Positions 57,459 through 64,000 of a stretch of 64,000 nt of DNA are shown one piece after another (within the stretch, counting starts at the first letter, position 1; every line of letters starts with the position of its first letter). Made by a program: the position numbers and the translations under genes. The DNA is taken from positions 6,871 through 70,870 of the forward strand of contig JBBQRX010000012.1 in assembly GCA_038214375.1 (NCBI GenBank). The letters run 5' to 3'. The notes beneath the pieces are model-generated. The model was given only the letters and a program-made list of their open reading frames with translations. It ran no database searches and was not told where the DNA came from. Origin of the DNA: Candidatus Limnocylindrales bacterium. Its GTDB lineage: Bacteria > Chloroflexota > Limnocylindria > Limnocylindrales > CSP1-4.

Positions 57459-58904
57459 TCATTCCCGCGGCTCCGGCTCACGGCCCAGCGCGGAGATCAC
57501 CGGCCGCAACTTCATCCGCGACTCCTCCCACTCGCGCGCCGGTTCGGAGTCGGCCACGATGCCGCAGCCGGCGAAGAGCGTGGCATCGCGACCCGAGACG
57601 AGGCCGCAGCGGAGCGCGACCATCAGCTCGCCGTCCCCGTCGGCGCCCAGCCAGCCGATCGGGCCCGCATACCAGCCGCGCTCGATCCCCTCGTGCTCGG
57701 CGATCATCTCGAGGGCCAGGTCGCGTGGTTCGCCGCCCACGGCCGGCGTCGGATGGAGCCGCTCGGCGAGCCCGAGGAGCCCCGCTTCGTCGCGCAGCCG
57801 GCCGCGCACCGGCGTCACCAGGTGCTGCACGTCGCGCAACGGAAGGATTTCCGGCCGGACGCCGACCTCGAGCGTCTCCGCGAGCGGGGCGAGGCTCGTG
57901 CGCAGCATCTCGACCACCACCGCGTGCTCCTCCCGCTCCTTCTCGCTCGCGAAGAGCGCCGCGGCGAACGCCGCGTCCTCGGCGGGCGTGGACCCACGGG
58001 CCGCGGAACCGGCGATCGCCACCGTCTCGAAGTCACGTCCGACCGTGCGGACGAGCCGCTCCGGGGTGGCGCCGAGAAACGTCCTGCCGCCACGGACGAA
58101 CGCGAAGATCGTGCCACCCGGAGCGCCTGCGGCGAGGCGGCGCAGGGCGTTCTCGACATCGATCTCGATCGACGACCGGAGGTCCACCCGGCGTGCGAGC
58201 ACGACCTTGTCGAGCCGGCCGCGGCCGACGGCGCCCGCGAACAGCCCGACGAGCCGGTTCCAGCCGGCCCGGTCCGGTCGCTCGCCGAGCAGCGCGAGCG
58301 GCGCGTCGGCGGGACGCGCGACCACGGCGCCGCTGCCGGGGCTCAGGGTCGCCGCTCGAGCGACGAGCGCATCCCAGCGGCGCTCGGCGGCCCGCGGGTC
58401 CGATGCGCGCGGGTCCGACGCGCGCGGGTCCGGGGCGCGCCCGTCGGGCCCGTCCGGGGCCGCCACTTCGTCGGTCTCCGCGATCGTCACGAACGTCGCC
58501 CCGTCCGCCCGGGCAAACGTGAGCGCGGGGAGGACCAGGGAAGTCGCCCCGAACGGTGCCCACGGGTCGTCTGCGGCGGGCAGCTCGCCGGTGAACCCGA
58601 GGCCGCCGAGGAGGACCGGCCCGACGCCGCGCGGCGCACCGGCCGGGACATCGACCGTCGCTCCGCCAAGCCGCTCCCGCCAGGCCGCCGCGACGGCCGT
58701 GAAGCGATCAGCGCCCTCTCGCTCGACCGACCAGGCGCGCCCGATCCCGACCAGCGCAAACCCGGCCGACGGCTGGAGCCAGAGCGCCGCCTCGAGGTCG
58801 TCCTCGCGCGCCGCCGTGAACAGGCTGATCGGGTCCACGACCGGGGCGGGACGCGTGGAGGTTCGAAGCGACCCGCGCGCCACCGGCCGCTCGATGACCG
58901 TCAC
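57459..58904 (-). CDS. menF: isochorismate synthase
   Basis: Chorismate-binding C-terminal domain (...GGEPR...ERGWYAGPIGW...). GTGA overlap with tetR. It contains a 3 x 15-bp tandem repeat at 58394-58438 (DPRAS DPRAS DPRAA). Confidence 0.85.
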   Translation of the reverse strand: MTVIERPVARGSLRTSTRPAPVVDPISLFTAAREDDLEAALWLQPSAGFALVGIGRAWSVEREGADRFTAVAAAWRERLGGATVDVPAGAPRGVGPVLLGGLGFTGELPAADDPWAPFGATSLVLPALTFARADGATFVTIAETDEVAAPDGPDGRAPDPRASDPRASDPRAAERRWDALVARAATLSPGSGAVVARPADAPLALLGERPDRAGWNRLVGLFAGAVGRGRLDKVVLARRVDLRSSIEIDVENALRRLAAGAPGGTIFAFVRGGRTFLGATPERLVRTVGRDFETVAIAGSAARGSTPAEDAAFAAALFASEKEREEHAVVVEMLRTSLAPLAETLEVGVRPEILPLRDVQHLVTPVRGRLRDEAGLLGLAERLHPTPAVGGEPRDLALEMIAEHEGIERGWYAGPIGWLGADGDGELMVALRCGLVSGRDATLFAGCGIVADSEPAREWEESRMKLRPVISALGREPEPRE

Positions 58905-59545
58905 GTCGCCGGCCCGGTCAGGGCGATGCGAGCCTCGGTGACGCCGGCGCTGCGCAGGAGGAGCGCCCGGAGGGGCGGGTACGTCTCCTCCAGCCGCCCG
59001 GGCTCGTCGGCCATCAGCCAGCGCGCCACGACCTCGTTGAGCGCGCCGAACCAGGCCACGCCGGTCAGCCGCGTGTCGAGCGGCGGGATCGCACCCTCGG
59101 CGACCGCCTGGTCGAGGTAGCCCGCGATCATCCGGGCGAAGCGCTCGTGGAGCGCGTTCGTCTCATCGTTGAAGGCGCGCCCGGCGCCCAGCGCGTCAAG
59201 GAACAGGAGGCGGGCCATCGTGCGGTGGCCGGCGAACGTCGCGAACACCGTCCGGAGGGCCGCGTCCGCCTTGGCGATCGGATCGGTCTCGGCCGCGACG
59301 GCCCGCTCGACCTTCGCCGCGAGGCGGTCCGCCGTCGAGCGCATCAGCTCGCGGAAGATCGCCTCCTTCGTGGCGAAATGGAAGTAGACGCCACCCTTGC
59401 TCGTCTCGGCGGCGGCCGCGATCTCGTCCATCGCGGTGTCGCGATAGCCGCGCCGGGAGAACGTGTTGAAGGCCGCGTCCAGGATCTGCTCGCGCCGCGT
59501 GCGGCTCTTCTCCGCCTGCGCGCCGCCGCGCTTCTCGTCGCCCAT
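58901..59545 (-). CDS. TetR-family transcriptional regulator heading the men operon
   Basis: ...[47 protein letters not shown]... is a TetR HTH. Confidence 0.9.
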   Translation of the reverse strand: MGDEKRGGAQAEKSRTRREQILDAAFNTFSRRGYRDTAMDEIAAAAETSKGGVYFHFATKEAIFRELMRSTADRLAAKVERAVAAETDPIAKADAALRTVFATFAGHRTMARLLFLDALGAGRAFNDETNALHERFARMIAGYLDQAVAEGAIPPLDTRLTGVAWFGALNEVVARWLMADEPGRLEETYPPLRALLLRSAGVTEARIALTGPAT

Positions 59546-59568
59546 CGCCCGTGCTCCGTCCGCCTCCG

Positions 59569-59596
59569 AAAAACCGACCGACCGGTCGGTTTGTTT
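59569..59596. terminator. bidirectional hairpin (terminator of the HK/RR operon and/or TetR operator)
   Basis: AAAAACCGACC-GACC-GGTCGGTTTGTTT. The same region also reads as a 10-bp perfect inverted repeat AAACCGACCG-AC-CGGTCGGTTT. It lies about 25 nt upstream of the tetR ATG and about 55 nt downstream of the HK stop. Confidence 0.55.
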
Positions 59597-59650
59597 CGCA
59601 GATCCTACCTCGTCTTCGCGGGGCGAGCCTCGGCGGTGGCCCCCGGCGGA

Positions 59651-61030
59651 TTACGCGGCGGGCGTCCCGGCGGACTTCCCGGCCGATTGCCCCGCGGGCT
59701 TCCCGGCCCCGGCGGACTTCCCGGCCGATTGCCCGGCGGACGGGCCCCCGGGGAGCGTCAGCACGAACCGGGCGCCGCCGCCCGGTGCGTCCATTACCAC
59801 GAGCGTCCCCCCGTGGAGCGCGGCCAGGCGGCGCGCGATCGCGAGGCCCAGGCCGCTCCCGGCGTCCGCGCGCGTCCGCGAGCCGGGCAGCCGGGCGAAG
59901 GGCTCGAAGATCGCCTCGCGCGCGTCCGCGGGAACGCCGGGACCCTGGTCGTCGACCTCGATGGCGGCCGAACGGCCTGCGGCGGCCACGGCGCGGACGG
60001 TCACGCGCCCTCCGGGCGGCGAGTGCCCGAACGCGTTGTCCACCAGGACGAGCAGCAGCTGCACGAGCCGATCCCCGTCGCCGACCACCGGCAGGACCGG
60101 GGCGTCATCGGCCGGCCCGACCAGCTCGATGCCCCGCTCCGCGGCGAGCGGGCCCGCCCGGCGAACGGTGTCGCGGGCGACCCGCGCGAGGTCGATGGGA
60201 TGGCGCTCGATCGACAGGGCACCGCGCTCGGATGCGGCGAGCGCGAGGAGGTCGTCCACCAGGCCGCCGAGCCGGTCCGACTCGGCCACGATGTCCGCGA
60301 CAAGCGCGCGGCCCTCCTCCGTGACGAGACCCTCTCGTTCCAGCACCTCGGCCGAGGCGCGGATGATCGCGGCGGGCGTCCGGATCTCGTGCGAGGCGTC
60401 CGCCACGAATCGTCGCTCGGTGGCGAACGCTGCGCGGATCGGGACGAGGGCCCGGCCGGTCACGAAGAGCGTCACGAGCGCCGCGCCGGCGAGCCCGACC
60501 AGCCCAGCCACTGAGACCACCAGGATCAGGCTGCTCGACTGGCGTTCGTGGAGCGTCAGCACGAACCCGGCCTCCAGCCAGCCCGCCGGGTGTCCGGCGG
60601 CGCCGATCGGGAGCGTCAGGAGACGGATCGGGACGGCGCCATCCGCGACGGTCCGGAGATCGCGCCCGGTCGCTCGCGCCCCTGCCACCGCTGCCGCATC
60701 CGGTAGGCCCTGGCGCGACACGCTCGACGGGTTGGAGACGAGCGTGCCGGCCGGGTCGAGGATCAGAAAGAATGTGTCGGACGCCTCCGGCGGATGCTCG
60801 TCCGTCTCCGTGCCCGTGGCCGACGGAAGCTCGCCATCCAGCCGCTGCAATTCGGCGGTCGCCGACTGCTCCAGGACGCGGTCCACGTCCTGGTCCAGTG
60901 CGGTGGTCGCAATGAGGGCAGTGGCGGCCCCGATGGCGAGGACGAGCGCGCCGATCAGCAGGAGCGTCGTGACGGCCAGGCGCCGGCGCGTCGACGCCAG
61001 GAGCCGGCTCGATGCGGCGCGCTGGGTCAC
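59651..61030 (-). CDS. sensor histidine kinase
   Basis: Track ORF 59651-61195. Start at GTG 61030 (or ATG 61069). It has a TM segment, the H-box SHEIRTPAA, an N-box, and G-boxes DDQGPGVP and GSGLGLAI. Confidence 0.85.
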   Translation of the reverse strand: MTQRAASSRLLASTRRRLAVTTLLLIGALVLAIGAATALIATTALDQDVDRVLEQSATAELQRLDGELPSATGTETDEHPPEASDTFFLILDPAGTLVSNPSSVSRQGLPDAAAVAGARATGRDLRTVADGAVPIRLLTLPIGAAGHPAGWLEAGFVLTLHERQSSSLILVVSVAGLVGLAGAALVTLFVTGRALVPIRAAFATERRFVADASHEIRTPAAIIRASAEVLEREGLVTEEGRALVADIVAESDRLGGLVDDLLALAASERGALSIERHPIDLARVARDTVRRAGPLAAERGIELVGPADDAPVLPVVGDGDRLVQLLLVLVDNAFGHSPPGGRVTVRAVAAAGRSAAIEVDDQGPGVPADAREAIFEPFARLPGSRTRADAGSGLGLAIARRLAALHGGTLVVMDAPGGGARFVLTLPGGPSAGQSAGKSAGAGKPAGQSAGKSAGTPAA

Positions 61031-61046
61031 CCGGCGACCGGCGCGA

Positions 61047-61730
61047 TCATGGGTCGCTCCGCAGGGCATAGCCGACACCGCGCACCGTCCGGACGCCCGT
61101 CCTGCTCCCCAGGTCTCCGAGCTTTCGCCGGATGTACGAGACGTACAGGTCCACGACGTTCGAGTAGACGTCGGGCTCCGCGCCCCAGACGGCATCGAGG
61201 ACCTGCTGGCGCGTCACGACGCGACCTTCGTTCCGGATCAGGTAGGCGAGCAGCGCGAACTCGCGGGCCGAGAGGTCGGCGCTCCGCTCCCCCACCCGCG
61301 CCACGTGACGCTCCTCGTCGAGCTCGAGGTCTCCGGCCGCGAGGCGCGGTGCCGGTCCCGCGGCGGCACGCCGGCCGAGCGCCCGGACTCGGGCCAGCAG
61401 CTCCGCGAACGCGAACGGCTTGGCCAGGTAGTCGTCGGCACCTGCGTCGAGGCCGGAGACGCGGTCGTCCACCCCGCCCAGCGCCGTGAGCATCAATGCC
61501 GGCGTGCGGATGCCGCGGGCTCGCAGCAGCCGGAGCAGGTCGAGCCCATCGAGGTCCGGCAGCATCCGGTCGAGCACGAGCACGTCGTACGGGATCGCCT
61601 CCGACGCGGTGGCGAGGCCGAGAGCCCCGACTGCGTCGCCGGCCCGGTCCACGACGTGCCGCTCGGCGACCAGCACCCGTCGGATCAGCTCGGCCATCTT
61701 CGGTTCGTCTTCGACCAGCAGGATGCGCAT
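61047..61730 (-). CDS. OmpR-family response regulator
   Basis: Track ORF 61047-61880. ATG at 61730 ([16 protein letters not shown]...[14 protein letters not shown]...) with a winged-helix C-terminus (...VRGVGYAL). Confidence 0.9.
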   Translation of the reverse strand: MRILLVEDEPKMAELIRRVLVAERHVVDRAGDAVGALGLATASEAIPYDVLVLDRMLPDLDGLDLLRLLRARGIRTPALMLTALGGVDDRVSGLDAGADDYLAKPFAFAELLARVRALGRRAAAGPAPRLAAGDLELDEERHVARVGERSADLSAREFALLAYLIRNEGRVVTRQQVLDAVWGAEPDVYSNVVDLYVSYIRRKLGDLGSRTGVRTVRGVGYALRSDP

Positions 61731-61910
61731 CGCAGGCATCGTCCGGGTCCGCGGCGGCCGCGTCAACGGCCGAACGGCATTCCTGTGAGAACGCTCATCC
61801 GACCCACACGCCGGCTCCATCGAGTGGGACGAGGATGGCCACGTCATCGCGAACCAGCCGCTCGGTCGGCGCCTCGTCACCGCGACCGACCCTCAACACG
61901 GAGCCTCCAC

Positions 61911-62285
61911 ATGCCCACCCCGCCCAACGACACCCCAGGCGTCCGGCGACCCGACGTTCGACGTCCCGCCGGCGTGAGCCGCTTCGGCGTCCTCACGGGA
62001 CTCGTCGCCACCGCCGGAACGCTCGCGGTCGCATTCCTGGGACTCGGCGGCCCGCCGACGCCGGCTGCGCCCGTCGCACTCGCCGATGCGACCGCGACCG
62101 AACCCGCCGTGCAGCAGGTCGTCGTCAAGACGGTCTACGTCCAGCTTCCCTCACCGAGCGCCGCCCCGGTGGCCACCCCGGTTGCCACGCCCGTCGCAGC
62201 CGCCCCGAGGGCCGTCGCCCGGGTCGTGACCCGCCAGTCCGGCGCCGGCGGCGACGACGGTGGTGAGCACGAAGGAGACGACTGA
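61911..62285 (+). CDS. 124-aa single-pass membrane protein, paralogue of 62287-62697
   Basis: ATG 61911 after GGAG, in the tail of track ORF 59463-62285. It has a TM helix [21 protein letters not shown] and conserved blocks [11 protein letters not shown] and VVTRQSGAG. Confidence 0.6.
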   Translation: MPTPPNDTPGVRRPDVRRPAGVSRFGVLTGLVATAGTLAVAFLGLGGPPTPAAPVALADATATEPAVQQVVVKTVYVQLPSPSAAPVATPVATPVAAAPRAVARVVTRQSGAGGDDGGEHEGDD

Positions 62286-62286
62286 G

Positions 62287-62697
62287 ATGTCCATCCGCAC
62301 CGACTCGACCCCACGCCCAATTGCGACGGCCGGCAACGGGGCGCCGATCCCCCGGCCGCAGTTGGCGGGGTCACCGCAGCGGCCTGCGGCAGGGGGGCGT
62401 CCGGCGCCACGCAAGCCGGACCCCACCCCGGCGCGCTTCGCGCTCGCGGCCGGCGGGATCGCGACGGTCTCGGCGCTGCTCGCAGCGATCGGGAGCGCGG
62501 CCGTCCCCTCGGCGGCTTCGGTCGTCCCGACCGCCCTCCCAGCCGCGGCACTCCCGGTCCAGACCATCGTGAAGTACGTCTACCTCCAACCGGGCAAGGC
62601 AACACCGGCGCCGGCGCTCGCGGCCGTCGTCGCGCCGCCGGCACCGCGCGCGATCCAGGCGCCGGTCGTGACCCGGCAGTCCGGCGCGAAGCCATGA
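62287..62697 (+). CDS. 136-aa single-pass membrane protein, paralogue of 61911-62285
   Basis: ATG 62287 within track ORF 62260-62697. It has a TM helix LAAGGIATVSALLAAIGSAAV and conserved blocks TIVKYVYLQP and [10 protein letters not shown]. The stop overlaps the apbE ATG. Confidence 0.65.
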   Translation: MSIRTDSTPRPIATAGNGAPIPRPQLAGSPQRPAAGGRPAPRKPDPTPARFALAAGGIATVSALLAAIGSAAVPSAASVVPTALPAAALPVQTIVKYVYLQPGKATPAPALAAVVAPPAPRAIQAPVVTRQSGAKP

Positions 62698-63704
62698 CCA
62701 CCGCCAGCGCGGAGCGGGTACCGAGCACGTTCACCCCCGCCCGGTTCGTTCGCCTCTCGAACCGCTCGCGGGCGATGGGCGGCGGACTCGGAGTCCACGT
62801 GGCGCTCGCCGACGGGGCCGACGTGGAGCGGGCCGAGCGCGACGCGGCTCGCGTGGCGGCCCGAGCGCGGGCGTGGGCCGGGCGCCTGACGCGCCACGAT
62901 CACGACTCGGACCTGATGCGCGCAAACGCCGACCCGCGGCGTCCGGCGCCGATTCGTCCGATGCTTGCCGCGGCACTCCTCTGGGCGGCGGACGCCGCGG
63001 AGACGACCGGCGGAATCGTCGATGCGACCCTGCTCCGCGAGCGCCTGGCGGCCGAGGCACCGGAGCCGCTCGGGTCCGTGCGGCCATTGGCGGGCAGGGC
63101 GGAGTCGGTCGACTCGTCGGAGGCGCGATCGCTGCGGCCGGCCTGGCGCCTCGAGGGATCCCGACACCGTTGTGCGCTGCTGCATCGCGATCCCGGCACC
63201 GCATTCGACCTCGACGGGGTGGCGAAGGGCTGGATCGCGGATCGCGCCCTCGCGCTTCTCGACCGGCATCCCGGCGCGCTGGTGGACGCCGACGGCGACA
63301 TCGCCATCCGGAGCGCCGCGGAAGACGCCTGGGAGGTCAGCGTCGCCGACCCGCGCACTTCGGGCGCGGAGCTCGCCGTCTTCGTGCTTCCCGGATCGGA
63401 GCGTGAGGCGCGATACGGACTCGCGACCTCCGGCACCAGCGTCCATCGCTGGACCGCGCCGGATGGCGAGCGCCATCACCTGATCGACCCGCGCACCGGC
63501 CTTCCTGCCGCGACGGACGTCGTCCAGGCGACGGTCCTCGCAAGGAGCGCCCGCGCCGCCGAGGCCTGGGCGAAGACCGCGGTGGTGCTCGGCCTGGTCA
63601 CCGCGCTCGACGTGCTCGATCGCGCACCGGTGCTGGGGGCTATCCTGCTGGCATCCGACGGCCGCGTCCTCGCCGTCCCCCGAACCACCCGGTGGCTGGC
63701 ATGA
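62694..63704 (+). CDS. apbE: FAD:protein FMN transferase (ApbE family)
   Basis: ...FDLDGVAKGWIADRA...GLATSGTSVHRW......HHLIDPRTGLPA... are ApbE signatures. Confidence 0.85.
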   Translation: MTTASAERVPSTFTPARFVRLSNRSRAMGGGLGVHVALADGADVERAERDAARVAARARAWAGRLTRHDHDSDLMRANADPRRPAPIRPMLAAALLWAADAAETTGGIVDATLLRERLAAEAPEPLGSVRPLAGRAESVDSSEARSLRPAWRLEGSRHRCALLHRDPGTAFDLDGVAKGWIADRALALLDRHPGALVDADGDIAIRSAAEDAWEVSVADPRTSGAELAVFVLPGSEREARYGLATSGTSVHRWTAPDGERHHLIDPRTGLPAATDVVQATVLARSARAAEAWAKTAVVLGLVTALDVLDRAPVLGAILLASDGRVLAVPRTTRWLA

Positions 63705-64000
63705 AGTACCGCGGCCTCTCACCGCTCCAGCGCGGCGTCTCCTGGGTGGTTTTGATGGTCGTCGTCGGCGCCGTCGTCGGGATCACCGGGCCGCGGGCCG
63801 TGCGGGCGCTGGCGGACCTGACCCAGGTCGCCCCGGACCGCCTGCCGTGGGTCGCGACCCGCCTCGTCGCGTTCCTCTCCTACTTCGCCATCGCGGGATC
63901 CGTCGTGTACGGCCTGCTCCTCTCGACGAAGATCCTCGACGCCATCGCCCACCGGCCCGTCTCGTTCGCTCTGCACCAGGACCTTGCCGCGATCGGCCTC
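63701..64000 (+). CDS. ferric-reductase-like / MsrQ-like transmembrane protein (N-terminal part; continues beyond the window)
   Basis: The ATG at 63701 overlaps the apbE stop (ATGA). Sequence MKYRGLSPLQRGVSWVVLMVVVG...LVAFLSYFAIAGSVVYGLLLSTKILD...HQDLAAIGL. Confidence 0.6.
   Translation, partial: MKYRGLSPLQRGVSWVVLMVVVGAVVGITGPRAVRALADLTQVAPDRLPWVATRLVAFLSYFAIAGSVVYGLLLSTKILDAIAHRPVSFALHQDLAAIGL

Noticed and set aside
62225-62697. The two small membrane proteins as bona fide ApbE flavinylation substrates.
   Set aside because: The SGA tripeptide is present but the acceptor Thr/Ser that should follow is Gly or Lys. They are reported only as a divergent or possible link, not as substrates.

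Overview
Very GC-rich (my estimate is above 70%), densely coding, actinobacterial-type chromosomal segment. I found no rRNA, tRNA, CRISPR array, transposase or integrase. Many long ORFs in the track are antisense or out-of-frame shadows of real genes and were ignored.

Left part (1-15.6 kb, almost all on the minus strand) looks accessory:
- a MerR-VWA pair with a leaderless-type promoter and operator;
- two tandem cassettes of unknown function, each headed by a paralogous Cys-rich (zinc-ribbon-like) module and followed by a ~170-nt hairpin-rich element conserved between the two cassettes (5716-5887 and 7874-8044), although the downstream cargo genes are unrelated;
- a Fic protein, a VapC/Phd pair and a DUF433 gene with a PIN-like remnant;
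- two secreted papain-like paralogues behind a 570-bp gene-free leader.

Middle:
- a ROK regulator with a sugar ABC transporter, a SIS protein and a phosphoesterase;
- a deazaflavin-type oxidoreductase;
- a 914-aa SEC-C-motif protein preceded by a 625-bp repeat-laden intergenic region;
- several small membrane proteins and an MNT/HEPN pair;
- a PLP decarboxylase and a cold-shock protein;
- a wHTH-MNT fusion with a frameshifted HepT;
- ribokinase, a LiaF-like protein and the actinobacterial phosphomutase/DUF3090/SCO1664-type trio;
- a GH65 phosphorylase split by a C9 homopolymer, plus a second sugar ABC transporter.

Right part:
- a complete, tightly overlapping menaquinone operon (tetR-menF-menD-menH-menB-menA-menC-menE-hydrolase-menG);
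- an OmpR/histidine-kinase pair;
- a divergent ApbE / ferric-reductase-like cluster led by two small paralogous membrane proteins that end in VVTRQSGA.

The most unusual signal is the duplicated 'Cys-rich module + structured element' cassette architecture at 1.6-8.5 kb.
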